This document shows, in pieces, positions 37,674 to 46,727 of a stretch of DNA of 64,000 bases. The stretch comes from a virus. Its lineage: Duplodnaviria > Caudoviricetes. Location: positions 32,001-96,000 of IMG/VR virus record IMGVR_UViG_2857089846_000001; one strand, written 5' to 3'. The notes below the pieces were generated by a model that saw nothing but the letters and a program-made list of their open reading frames with translations, did no database searches and was not told the origin of the DNA. The translations under genes were made by a program, and so were the position numbers. Position 1 is the first letter of the stretch. Each line of letters begins with the position of its first letter.

Positions 37674-38207
37674 TCAGCGGTGCCGTGCAGCGACGACCGC
37701 GGCGGCGCGGGCCATGTAGTAGGTGCCCTTCGCTTCGAGGTTCCCCGGGTAGACCGTGCCGATCTCGGCCGGCACGACCCAATCTCCTTCGGCAACGACC
37801 TTCACGGTGACCGTGCTGCCCGCGACGACGGGCGGCAGGGTGCGGATGTTCCGGGAGATGCCGTCAGGGATGCTCCGGGTGTGGCAGCGGCAGTTCTTGA
37901 TGTTGGCGACGGCACGGGAGGACTCATCCTTCGGGGCCTTCATGTACGTGAACGGTCCGAGGCCGCGATGCTTGCGGTCCCAGTCCATCGAGTCGATCTT
38001 GAAGCGAAGGTTCGCGGGCACCTCCTGGTCGTGCGCGGCCACGTGGGTGGGGCGCACCTTGTCGTCCGCGACGGTGACCCACTTCTTCGTCGGCGGGGCG
38101 AACACCTTGGCCTGCCGCTCGACCTCGCGGGCGATCTCGTGGACTTTCGGGGCGATGAGTTGGGCCAGCTTCTCCTCAAGGCCCGGCTCGACGTGGAACC
38201 TCGCCAT
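37674..38207 (-). CDS. HK97 gp10-like neck protein with embedded MuF-like motif
   Basis: AKVFAP..AEIGT..YYMARAA flanks KKWVTVADDKVRPTH..NCRC. Confidence 0.65.
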   Translation of the reverse strand: MARFHVEPGLEEKLAQLIAPKVHEIAREVERQAKVFAPPTKKWVTVADDKVRPTHVAAHDQEVPANLRFKIDSMDWDRKHRGLGPFTYMKAPKDESSRAVANIKNCRCHTRSIPDGISRNIRTLPPVVAGSTVTVKVVAEGDWVVPAEIGTVYPGNLEAKGTYYMARAAAVVAARHR

Positions 38208-38536
38208 CACGGCGCCTCCGGCGGGTTGCGAGTGCCGACGACGGCGATGTAGTCGGCCGCGCCGTACCCGGGGACCCTCTTCAGCAGCGCGGTGACCACC
38301 GTCCACGTGAGAGTGCCGTCGCTGAGCACGTCACCGGGTTCGAGAGGCCACGCTGCGGGATCGACGCGCAGTGTCCACGAGCCGTCGGACTGCTCGTTCG
38401 CGGCGCCGGGCCACGTTCCGCGCGGTTCGGGGCGGGCGTCCGGCGGGGGCGGCACGGGGACGCCGTGGGCGTCCCGGCCCCAGGGGTGGGCCAGGACATG
38501 CACGGTCAGGTCCCGGTCGGGCAGCACTACAGCCAT
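38207..38536 (-). CDS. Head closure-like protein
   Basis: 109 aa; RDAHGVP, LEPGDVL, WTVV; synteny. Confidence 0.65.
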   Translation of the reverse strand: MAVVLPDRDLTVHVLAHPWGRDAHGVPVPPPPDARPEPRGTWPGAANEQSDGSWTLRVDPAAWPLEPGDVLSDGTLTWTVVTALLKRVPGYGAADYIAVVGTRNPPEAP

Positions 38537-38543
38537 GGCGGCC

Positions 38544-39410
38544 TCACCAGCGGCTGTAGCGGCGGCCGCGGCCGTACGGCCAGGGAACTGCCGGGACGAC
38601 GGGGATGGGCCGGTAGAGGTACTTGCGGTACCCGGCCAGAGAGTTGAGCTCCGGCGGCGCGCCGGCCTGCCCGGCGGCTGGGGCTCCTTCGTAGCTGATC
38701 GACTGCCCCTCGGCGGAGACGGAGGTGACGCGCCGAGTTCCCTCGGTGGCAGACGGCTTGTTGCGGATGCTCTCCGCCGCGTGCGTGACGATGTACCGGA
38801 CGATGGGCTCCTCGGCCGCGCCGTCCAGGCCCACGAGCAGCTGCACGTCGTACGTGCCGTCCAGGTTGTCGACATGGCTGACGACCGAGACCACGTCGTC
38901 CAGGTCGTGAATCGGCCACGCCTGCGCGTCGTCCAGGTCGTACCCGAACAGGGCATGGGCCCCGAGCAGGGTCCTCGGCTGGGGCACCACAGGCCGCCCG
39001 AGGTAGGTGACGACGTCGGCCTGAGCGTCGGTGATGGCGTCGCGGAAGGATTCACGCTGCTGGGCAGTGAGCGGCAGAGGCACGCCGAGTTTGTCGGCGA
39101 CTTGCTCGGCGGAAGCCAGCAGGCCGTTGCCACGCGGGAGGTCCACCTTGACCGTGCGGTCGGTGACGGGCGGGAGATCCTTGCCCGGAGTGAAGGTGAC
39201 GGTGCACCAGTACCGGCCGTCAGGCAGGTTGTCCGGCAGGGCGAATCTGTAGACCGTCGAGCGTTGCCGCACCGCCGGCCCGGCCGTTGCCGCGACCGTC
39301 CCGTTGCGGTCCGGGGTCGCATACAGGTCGATCCGGGAGACCTGCCCGCCATTCAGGCCCGGGTCGATCAGTGCGCCCCCGTAGATGGGCCGGTAGTCGT
39401 ACACCGTCAC
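38544..39410 (-). CDS. Head-tail connector-like protein
   Basis: AQADVVTYLGR, VTSVSAEGQSISY. Confidence 0.7.
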   Translation of the reverse strand: MTVYDYRPIYGGALIDPGLNGGQVSRIDLYATPDRNGTVAATAGPAVRQRSTVYRFALPDNLPDGRYWCTVTFTPGKDLPPVTDRTVKVDLPRGNGLLASAEQVADKLGVPLPLTAQQRESFRDAITDAQADVVTYLGRPVVPQPRTLLGAHALFGYDLDDAQAWPIHDLDDVVSVVSHVDNLDGTYDVQLLVGLDGAAEEPIVRYIVTHAAESIRNKPSATEGTRRVTSVSAEGQSISYEGAPAAGQAGAPPELNSLAGYRKYLYRPIPVVPAVPWPYGRGRRYSRW

Positions 39411-39422
39411 CAGGAGCCTGCC

Positions 39423-39914
39423 TTACTCTGAGTCCGGGGCGGTGTGGAGCTGGTCCCGGAGCCGGTCGATGATCCGCTGTGCCTGGTGGCGCTGGAGCTC
39501 CGCGCCGACCGGGACGAGTAGGCGGCTCGCAGGAGTGTTGTAGGCGCCCATGCCGACGTGCTCGATCAGGCGCACGGTGCACCGGTAGCTGCTTCCGTGC
39601 GGCTGCACGGGGACGAACACGGCGTCCGGGTCGGCCGGGAGCTCCCCGGTGGCCTCGTCCACGATGCGGTCGGCGAGCTGCGCGGGAAGCAGCTGCTGCG
39701 GCGTGGTGATCGGAGCAGGCTCGGGTTCGGGCTCGGGCTCCGTGGGCGGCTCCAGCGGGGCGACGTCGGGCACCTTCGTCTCGGTGTCCGCGGGCGCAGC
39801 CTTGTCCTCCGTCGCTACCTCGGAGGTGATCTCGGGGGTCTCGGTCTGCGGCGCCTCGGGAGTCTTCTCCTCGGGGCCGGCCGCAGCGGTCTTGCGGGTG
39901 CGGGGTGTGGGCAC
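39423..39914 (-). CDS. Hypothetical protein
   Basis: 163 aa; AGGAGG RBS; low-complexity N terminus. Confidence 0.7.
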   Translation of the reverse strand: MPTPRTRKTAAAGPEEKTPEAPQTETPEITSEVATEDKAAPADTETKVPDVAPLEPPTEPEPEPEPAPITTPQQLLPAQLADRIVDEATGELPADPDAVFVPVQPHGSSYRCTVRLIEHVGMGAYNTPASRLLVPVGAELQRHQAQRIIDRLRDQLHTAPDSE

Positions 39915-39951
39915 AGGGTCCTCCTGCCGTTATCCGGGCGTTGGAGGAGAA

Positions 39952-39986
39952 ACCCTGTACCCCGGGCGCGCCTACTGTCCCGGTCA
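39952..39986 (-). promoter_or_regulatory. Candidate late promoter
   Basis: TGACCGGGACAGTA-15-CAGGGT. Confidence 0.5.
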
Positions 39987-40466
39987 GACGTAGGTGAAGC
40001 CGCCGGTCTTGGTGACGGTGCCCACCTCGTCGCCGACGTTGACGTCCTTCGCGCCCGCCGACAGCGCGGGGGTGGTGACCTCGATGCGGGTGGCGGAATG
40101 GATCTTGAGGTTGGTGCCTGCGGTGGTGCCGAACTTGACGTCGGCGACACCGTCGAGGTTCGTACCGGTGATGGTGACGACCGTGCCGCCGGCGACGGGC
40201 CCGGTCGCCGGGGTGACGGTGGCGATGGTCGCCGGCGGGAACAGCTTGTCGATCTGCGACTGCCGCAGGATCGCGCCGGCCCTGAACAGGATGGTCTTGA
40301 TCGACCCTTCCGGTACGGCGTCGTTGGAGACGTTCGGGCGGTTGCCGATGTCGTGCGCCCGGGTGGAATAGACGTCCGCGGTGACCCGCATCTCGGGGTC
40401 GCTGGTGGCGGCGGCGGGGAAGCCCGCCTTGGTGATGCGGGCGCCTGCCGCGTTGTAGAGGCCCAT
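39984..40466 (-). CDS. IPT/TIG (Ig-like) domain virion protein
   Basis: VTPATGPVAGGTVVTITGTNL..VKFG..IEVTTP..FTY. Confidence 0.85.
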   Translation of the reverse strand: MGLYNAAGARITKAGFPAAATSDPEMRVTADVYSTRAHDIGNRPNVSNDAVPEGSIKTILFRAGAILRQSQIDKLFPPATIATVTPATGPVAGGTVVTITGTNLDGVADVKFGTTAGTNLKIHSATRIEVTTPALSAGAKDVNVGDEVGTVTKTGGFTYV

Positions 40467-40499
40467 GAGGGATCTCCTCCTCGTGTGGTCGGGAGGAGA

Positions 40500-40534
40500 A
40501 GGTTGCCGGGCGGGCCGGGCTACGGTCGCGGGCT
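40500..40534 (-). promoter_or_regulatory. Candidate late promoter
   Basis: AGCCCGCGACCGTA-15-CAACCT. Confidence 0.55.
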
Positions 40535-40947
40535 CATGACCCGTACGCCACCTCGCAGTCCTGGCGGACGTACTTCGCCACTTCGGCTGTCTGTGCCAGG
40601 ATCGCGTCGTCCTCGCTCACCCCCTTGAGCTTGATGTCGCGCGTGAGCGGAGGCAGGCCCTCCTGGTAGCGCTGCATGAAGCTCGCATACTCGGGGCTGC
40701 CGGGCTTGAAGTCGCGATCGAACTCGCGGGCCGAGTCGCGGCCCGTGTCGGCCATCTCGCTGCCCACGGTCTGCCGCCAGCCCTGCACGATCCTCGCTGT
40801 GACCAGCGTCGTGCAGACCTGCGCGGCGCTGGTGTCCCGCTCGGCCGCCGCCGTCGGCGCATCCTCGTCCTGCGCCGGGCCGTCCTGGCACCCGACGACC
40901 AGCGCTCCGACCAGGACCACGACGGCCGTCAGCATCGCCTTGCGCAT
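40534..40947 (-). CDS. Lipoprotein
   Basis: Signal peptide with lipobox: MRKAMLTAVVVLVGALVVG-C. Confidence 0.75.
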   Translation of the reverse strand: MRKAMLTAVVVLVGALVVGCQDGPAQDEDAPTAAAERDTSAAQVCTTLVTARIVQGWRQTVGSEMADTGRDSAREFDRDFKPGSPEYASFMQRYQEGLPPLTRDIKLKGVSEDDAILAQTAEVAKYVRQDCEVAYGS

Positions 40948-41027
40948 CTTGTCCGCCCTCCCCCGCGACGCCCCCCCGCGCCGCCAGGGCGTCATCATCC
41001 CCGTACTGCCCTGCCCGCGTACGCGGT

Positions 41028-42275
41028 TCACAGGATTCGCAGGTCGTCCCATCCGCTCGCCGTGACGGAGAAGACCAGCAGGCCGGGCTGGGACACCTCT
41101 CCGGAGCGCATGGCGTACCAGTCGGAGCCGTTGTCGAGAGTAGGAGCCTGCACCCATAGCCTGCCGGCGCCGAGCTGCTGCGCGCGGAAGTGATGGAAGT
41201 GCCCCGAGACGAGGATCTTGGCGTCGGCGATGGGCTGGCGGCCGAACGTCTGCCCCTTCCACCAGTCCGGCGCCTTCTCCGGCCGGGCGTACTGGTGGCC
41301 GTGGGCGAGGCCGACGATCGTGCCGGCCATGTTGAGGCTGACGGTGTCGCGCCAGGTCTCGGGCATGGCGAAGGAGACGTGTCCGTAGGCGTCGGGGTTC
41401 ATTCCGTACGCATCCGCGATCTGGCTGAGAACCTCGATCCCCCAGTCGTCCTGCGGTGGGCCCACGGGGTCCTTGCCGCGCCGGACCCGCCCGTGGTTGG
41501 AGCCGCAGGTCGCGGCGACAACGCGCGGGAAGGTGGTGGCGAGCCGATCCAGGCCCTCGAACGTCAACCGCCGGTGCACGCGCACCATCTGCGTGAGGGT
41601 CAAATCGTTGGTGAATGCCTGGCTTGCGACGTTCTCATACCCTTCGATGCAGTCGCCAGCGTCGAGCCAGTACGCCGAGTCCGGCGCGCGCCCGACCTTG
41701 CCAAGGTCGCGGAGGTGGTCCTCCAGGCGGTCGAAGCGTTCGGCGACCCGGGCCACGAGCTCCTTCGTGCCGCCGTCGCGCCCGACCTTCCCGGCCTGCG
41801 GGTCGGCGTACACCACGGCGAGGGCTCGCGCGGGCTGCTCGCCAGGAGTCCGGGGCTTGCGGCGGCGGCGCATCACATCCCGGATCAGGCTGTTGAGGTC
41901 TTCGGCGGACGCCCAACCGGGCACCGTCGGCTCGATCAGGTACCGGCAGCGCCACACGGGCCGGGTTACCGCGTCCTCGCCCTGGGTGTCACGGTGCCAG
42001 GCGGCCGGGTCATGGCGGGCCTCCACGAGCCGCACCCGGTATCCGCCCGGTACTGCCAGGCCCAGCTCCTCCACGCGGGCGCGCCACCCGCTTTCGTCCT
42101 TGGGCGGGGCGTCGGCGGCCGGAGCAGTGACGAGCATCGAGCCGCCCGGCTCGTACCGCACGCCGGGCTCCCAGCCCTTCGGCGCTGTGGCCGCGGGCCG
42201 GGTGATCTCCGGCGGGGTGCTCTGCTCGCCGGAGGCCGGCGAGAGCAGCGCGTCGAGGTGTTCTTCAAGGTTCAT
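41028..42275 (-). CDS. Calcineurin-like metallophosphoesterase
   Basis: ADPQAG, GDCIEG, SNHG, AHGH, GHFH motifs; ATGA coupling to the upstream gene. Confidence 0.85.
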   Translation of the reverse strand: MNLEEHLDALLSPASGEQSTPPEITRPAATAPKGWEPGVRYEPGGSMLVTAPAADAPPKDESGWRARVEELGLAVPGGYRVRLVEARHDPAAWHRDTQGEDAVTRPVWRCRYLIEPTVPGWASAEDLNSLIRDVMRRRRKPRTPGEQPARALAVVYADPQAGKVGRDGGTKELVARVAERFDRLEDHLRDLGKVGRAPDSAYWLDAGDCIEGYENVASQAFTNDLTLTQMVRVHRRLTFEGLDRLATTFPRVVAATCGSNHGRVRRGKDPVGPPQDDWGIEVLSQIADAYGMNPDAYGHVSFAMPETWRDTVSLNMAGTIVGLAHGHQYARPEKAPDWWKGQTFGRQPIADAKILVSGHFHHFRAQQLGAGRLWVQAPTLDNGSDWYAMRSGEVSQPGLLVFSVTASGWDDLRIL

Positions 42276-42541
42276 CGCGGGCACCTGCATCCGTTGGAGC
42301 CGCCGCGGCGGCGGTGCCGGGCGACGGCAGGAGCCCGCACCGGGTGCCCGCTGCCAGTGAGGGCGTCGGCGATCTGCGTGGCGCTGATGGCCGCCGTGTC
42401 GAGCACCTCGCAAACCTTCTTGGCCGCTGGCGGATCGAGCAGGTCGAGAATGGCCCCGACGGTGCACTGCGGACCGCGGGGGCCGGCGGGCTCCTCAACG
42501 AGCCTCGTGAGGGCCGTGATCAGCCCGTTCGTGTCTGCCAC
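42272..42541 (-). CDS. Small Cys/His protein, HTH/zinc-binding-like
   Basis: QCTVG..SATQIADAL..VARHRRR..GCRCP. Confidence 0.7.
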   Translation of the reverse strand: MADTNGLITALTRLVEEPAGPRGPQCTVGAILDLLDPPAAKKVCEVLDTAAISATQIADALTGSGHPVRAPAVARHRRRGGSNGCRCPR

Positions 42542-42576
42542 GGCAGTCCTCGCTCTCTACAGGGATGCGGGGCCGG

Positions 42577-42611
42577 ACCGTATGGCCCGGCCCCGCGTTA
42601 CGTCTCCGCTC
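42577..42611 (-). promoter_or_regulatory. Candidate late promoter
   Basis: GAGCGGAGACGTAA-15-TACGGT. Confidence 0.6.
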
Positions 42612-42621
42612 AGCTCGCCGA

Positions 42622-43932
42622 TCAGCCCGCCGGCGTGGTCCACGTGCCGATCACGAAGGACTCCGGGCGGGAGACCTCCAGCGCCAGGCGCTCGTCGGCA
42701 CGGAACGTGAGAACGCCCCGCTCGAAGTTGTCCGAGTTCTCCGAGGAGACGGTGACGGACACGTTCTCGCGGTCGTAGAGCTGCGCGCCCATCCCGAAGG
42801 AGCCGAGGAGGTACTTGCCGTCCGGCATCGCCGTGGTCTCCACGACGTTGAGCTTCCAGACCTTCTTCTGAGCACCGACCGCGACCTGAAGGGCGACACG
42901 GAACGCCCCGGTGTCGTCGGTCTCGACCTCGACCTGCTCCCACATCGTCGGGGAGATGACGACGCCCGTCGGCTCGTACTCGGCCAGGAGCGCCTTGGTC
43001 ATCGCCCGGCGCATCTGGATCGAATACTTGTCGGACGACTGGCCCGTGTAGGTCTGTACGCCAGGCGTGTTGAACAGGCCGGTCAGGGACGTGCCGTCGG
43101 TACCGACCGAGTGCAGAAGGTCGACGTCTTCGGCGAACTTGATGCCCTCGATGAGCCGAGAGTTGATGAACTGCTTCAGCCGCGGCTCGTCGCTGAGGAT
43201 GTTCTTGTGGCCGTCGATCATGTGCGCGATCTCGGCGATCGGGAACGCGACCGGCTCGAGCTTCAGCTTCGACCGCGGGGCCCGGCCGAACACGTCGGTG
43301 TCGGTGCCGGTCGGCGCGGATACGCCGTCGGCGGCCCGGCGCTCCGCGACCTGAGCCGCGTTGTTGACCCACCCGGTCTCGCGGATGCCGAGGAGTACCG
43401 CGTTCTTGGTCTTGGCCGCGGGGAACAGATCACGGATGTGCCACTTGCGGCGCTGCGCCTCAGTGATGCCGAGATCCTGGACGCCGCCGAGTGCCTGGTG
43501 GGTGTGGGTGCCGGCGGAGAGGCTGAAGATGCTCTTGCCCTCCATCTCGGCGCGGATGAACGGGCGGTCCTTGAAGTCGGCCGCGGCCGCGCGCTGGTAG
43601 GCGTCGGACTCCACGAACAGGTCACCGAGGCTCTTGACCTCCGGTCCGCCGGGCGTGGATCGGCCGTAGTGCTGCCCGGCTGTGGAACTGCCGTCGGGGG
43701 CGTCGAGGTAGCCGTTGAGGTTCTCGGCGCCCTGTGCGGCGTCGAGGAGCCCCTTGATCTCCTGGGCGTCCCGGACGGCCTTCACGTACGAGTTGCGCTG
43801 CTCGGGGGAGACGACGAATGCGCCGTTCTCCTCCTTGAAGGTGGAGGCGATGCGTTCGGCCTCCGCGGACTTCTCTGCGAGCTGGGTCTTGAGGGACCGG
43901 ATGAGGCTCTTGTCGGTGCTGGCGGTAGCCAT
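42622..43932 (-). CDS. Major capsid protein (HK97 fold)
   Basis: N-terminal delta-like coiled coil; IRDLFP, IAHMI, DEPRLKQFINSRL, FRADERLALEVSRPESFV. Confidence 0.93.
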   Translation of the reverse strand: MATASTDKSLIRSLKTQLAEKSAEAERIASTFKEENGAFVVSPEQRNSYVKAVRDAQEIKGLLDAAQGAENLNGYLDAPDGSSTAGQHYGRSTPGGPEVKSLGDLFVESDAYQRAAAADFKDRPFIRAEMEGKSIFSLSAGTHTHQALGGVQDLGITEAQRRKWHIRDLFPAAKTKNAVLLGIRETGWVNNAAQVAERRAADGVSAPTGTDTDVFGRAPRSKLKLEPVAFPIAEIAHMIDGHKNILSDEPRLKQFINSRLIEGIKFAEDVDLLHSVGTDGTSLTGLFNTPGVQTYTGQSSDKYSIQMRRAMTKALLAEYEPTGVVISPTMWEQVEVETDDTGAFRVALQVAVGAQKKVWKLNVVETTAMPDGKYLLGSFGMGAQLYDRENVSVTVSSENSDNFERGVLTFRADERLALEVSRPESFVIGTWTTPAG

Positions 43933-44017
43933 GGTTGGTTGCACTCTCCTGTGCTGGATGGGCGATAGGCGTGCGTCGCTCGCCCGGCCAGCACCGGGAC
44001 GCCTCAACGCGAGGCGC

Positions 44018-44052
44018 ATAGAAGATGAGTGCGTGTACTAACGTCTCGGGCT
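44018..44052 (-). promoter_or_regulatory. Candidate late promoter (major capsid)
   Basis: AGCCCGAGACGTTA-15-TTCTAT. Confidence 0.6.
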
Positions 44053-44099
44053 CCCGGGCACGGAAGTGCGTGATCCCGAGAGCCCGACGTTTGTGCAGG

Positions 44100-46040
44100 T
44101 CAGAGGGCGAGGGTGGCGAGGGTGGCCTTGACTTCCTCGGCGTCCAGGTGCACCTGGTCGGCGAGTTCGTCCTCCTCCGCGGCCAAGTCGTCGTCGGTGT
44201 CGGGCTCGTCGGTGTTCCCCGGGGGAACAGTCGGCACGGCGGAGCCGTCCATGTCCTCGTCGTCGTCCCAGCCGTCGGTGACGTCGTAGTCGTCGTCCCA
44301 CAGGTCCAGGGACGAGCCGGACGGGGCAGGCTGCTGCTGGTCGGTCATGGGTAGGCCCTTCTTCGCGAGAGCAGTGAGCAGGTTGTCGATCTTCGGCTTC
44401 AGGTGCTGGAGGTGGGAGGGGCCCGCGTCGGAGACCTCGATCAGGGCCGTGGCGTCCGCCAGCGCCGCGGCGGTGGGCGTGATGTAGCGGGCTTCGATCT
44501 CCTCGTCGCCGTCCACGGCGAGGGTCTCGCCGGAGACGGGAACCGCCACGGTGGTCAGCTCGACCTCGGTCGGGACGCCGAGGTCGATGTCTCGGCCGGC
44601 CACGGTGTACGGGATCGAGTAGGTGACGCTGGCGGCGCCGTCCTCGTGCTTGGTGACGATGACGTGGTCGGCGTAGGTCGCCTCCACGCACACGTAGCAG
44701 TCGATCCTCTCCCCGTCCTTCCATAGGAGCCGGAGGGACTCGGCGAGGCGTGTGTGCAGCTGCTCGTAGGACAGGGGCATGGGGTGCATGGGTGCGGTCT
44801 CCGGGTCCGGGAGGGGTGAGGACTTCGCTTCGAGCACGATCTGCGCGGCGGACTTGTGCTCGACTGCGCGGTCGTCCGGGCGCGCGGCTTCCAGCACGAT
44901 CTGCGCAGCCGACTTCGCCTCAAAGGGGGCGGGCTCTGCCGCCTCCGTGGGCTCCGGCTGGCCGAGGGGGATGAACATGGTGTCCGGGCCGCGGACGACG
45001 TCGATCTGTGTGAAGGCGACGGGCGTGGCGGGGACGGGCGGGATATCGGGCAGGTCGTAGCCGAGGGTGACGTGCGGGGTGAACCCGTGGTCAGTGCGGA
45101 GCTGTTCCGAGTACACGGACGTGCTCAGGGTGTCCACGATGCGCTGCCGCAGCTCGGCGAGCCCGGGCACATCCACGGGCACCCACGTCGGCTCACCGTC
45201 GCCGTGATCAGGGAAGCGGCCGAGCCCTCCGATGCTGCCCTTCAGATGCGGGATGCCGAGGACGGCTGGGGTGACGATGTCGCGCAGATCGTCCGGGTGG
45301 CCGCCGAGCTCGGCGACGTCGCCGAGGTACGCGAGCGTGATGTGCAGCTCCTCTGGAGCGGTGCCCTCGGGGTGGGCGATGGCGGCCGCGACGTCGCTCG
45401 GGAGACGCAGTGCGATCATCACGCCCCGGCCTGCCTGGGACTCGGCGGCCTTCAGCTCCACCGATGACCAGGTCGCCTTGCGTTCCAGATCGCTGCCGCC
45501 GGGACGAGATGCGGCAGCCTTGACCTCCAGGCTGCGGGTCATGGGGTGCGCGCCGTGCAGAACGGGGCTGATCTCGTACAGGTCGAGGTCGTGGATGATG
45601 CGTACGCCGTCGTGCCGCTTCGAGGCTCCGCCGGTGACGACCTTGTAGCCGATGGAGAAGGCCGCTTCGCCGTTGTCGTGCCACTGCCGGACCTGCTCGT
45701 AGGTGTCGCGGCCGCGGCTGGTGCGCAGGTTGTACTGGACGGTGGCGACCAGGGCGCCGGCCTCGCGCGGCCACGCGACCCCGCCGGGGATGGTCGCGAA
45801 CCGGGGATCGCCCGGCATCCACTCCTCGACCTCCAGGACGGTGCCGACAGGCTCCTTCCAGTCGTGGTGCCAAGCGGCCTTCACCCGCCGCGAGGCCAGG
45901 GTGCGGGTGAAGGCCCCGGGGATGATGAGGTCCTGGACCTCGTCCACGACGCCGGTTACGGCGTAGATCGCGCGGACGATGCCTTTACCCTGTTGGGCGC
46001 GGCGGGCAGCCGGCGTGTTCTGCGGCGGGGTTCGGGGCAC
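44100..46040 (-). CDS. HK97-type prohead protease fused to a 2H phosphoesterase and acidic C-terminal region
   Basis: DLIIPGAFTRTL, WHHD, FSIGY, LDLYEISPV..GA (protease); LHITLAYLG and FTPHVTLGY (2H motifs). Confidence 0.88.
   Translation of the reverse strand: MPRTPPQNTPAARRAQQGKGIVRAIYAVTGVVDEVQDLIIPGAFTRTLASRRVKAAWHHDWKEPVGTVLEVEEWMPGDPRFATIPGGVAWPREAGALVATVQYNLRTSRGRDTYEQVRQWHDNGEAAFSIGYKVVTGGASKRHDGVRIIHDLDLYEISPVLHGAHPMTRSLEVKAAASRPGGSDLERKATWSSVELKAAESQAGRGVMIALRLPSDVAAAIAHPEGTAPEELHITLAYLGDVAELGGHPDDLRDIVTPAVLGIPHLKGSIGGLGRFPDHGDGEPTWVPVDVPGLAELRQRIVDTLSTSVYSEQLRTDHGFTPHVTLGYDLPDIPPVPATPVAFTQIDVVRGPDTMFIPLGQPEPTEAAEPAPFEAKSAAQIVLEAARPDDRAVEHKSAAQIVLEAKSSPLPDPETAPMHPMPLSYEQLHTRLAESLRLLWKDGERIDCYVCVEATYADHVIVTKHEDGAASVTYSIPYTVAGRDIDLGVPTEVELTTVAVPVSGETLAVDGDEEIEARYITPTAAALADATALIEVSDAGPSHLQHLKPKIDNLLTALAKKGLPMTDQQQPAPSGSSLDLWDDDYDVTDGWDDDEDMDGSAVPTVPPGNTDEPDTDDDLAAEEDELADQVHLDAEEVKATLATLAL
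44213..44229. repeat. 17-bp palindrome, candidate parS (inside protease gene)
   Basis: TGTTCCCCGGGGGAACA. Confidence 0.7.
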
Positions 46041-46077
46041 GGCGGTTTCCTCCTGGCGGGCTTCTCGGGCGTTGCGC

Positions 46078-46112
46078 ACCGTGCCCCCGCCGGGGGGTTA
46101 GCGTCCTGCGCT
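46078..46112 (-). promoter_or_regulatory. Candidate late promoter (prohead protease)
   Basis: AGCGCAGGACGCTA-15-CACGGT. Confidence 0.6.
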
Positions 46113-46147
46113 GCGTACTGCGTCAAGCCGCGAAGCCGTGGGCCGGT

Positions 46148-46720
46148 TCACTTCCAGGGCTTCTTGCCCTTGGGGTCCGGCTCGTCCTCGTTGTCTTCGT
46201 CGGTCTCGTCGTCCGGGTCGTCAGCGAAGGGGTCGGGCTCTTCGCTCATGTCGTCGCCCAAGTCCTCGTCGGGAGTGACCACCTCGTCGGCGGTTCCGAA
46301 CTGGCTGCCGTCGGTGTCGTCGGCGGCCGGGTCTTCGCCTGTCGGTGCCTGCGGCGCCTCATCGCCAGATGGGGCTTCGTTCGTGCCGCTGGTCTGCACC
46401 ATGCCGGCGTCGTCCACGTCGATGGCCCACGTGTCCGGGTCGGAGTAGCGCCACACCTGGCCGGTCTCGTCCCGCACCCAGCCTGTGAGGGTGCCGTCCT
46501 CCGCCTTGTCGAGCCAGGCTTGCTCTCCGTCCTGGCCGGAGAAGGACGCGTACGCCAGGGCCGGGTCGGTCTCGTCTCCTTCGTCGTACACGTCGCCGGC
46601 CCACGGCCGCGCGTCGTCCTCCTGCGGCGGTTGGGGCTCCGGCGGCGGGTTGGCGGCCGGGTCGCCGGCGGTCAGCTCGTTGGGCTGGGGCAGCCTCTTC
46701 ACGGCGTATGCGTAGTCCAC
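46148..46720 (-). CDS. Acidic hypothetical protein
   Basis: Asp/Glu-rich with a Trp-rich core (QAWLD..LTGWVRD..VWRYSDPDTWA). Start is GTG 46720 (leaderless) or ATG 46735. Confidence 0.7.
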   Translation of the reverse strand: MDYAYAVKRLPQPNELTAGDPAANPPPEPQPPQEDDARPWAGDVYDEGDETDPALAYASFSGQDGEQAWLDKAEDGTLTGWVRDETGQVWRYSDPDTWAIDVDDAGMVQTSGTNEAPSGDEAPQAPTGEDPAADDTDGSQFGTADEVVTPDEDLGDDMSEEPDPFADDPDDETDEDNEDEPDPKGKKPWK

Positions 46721-46727
46721 GCGGCGA

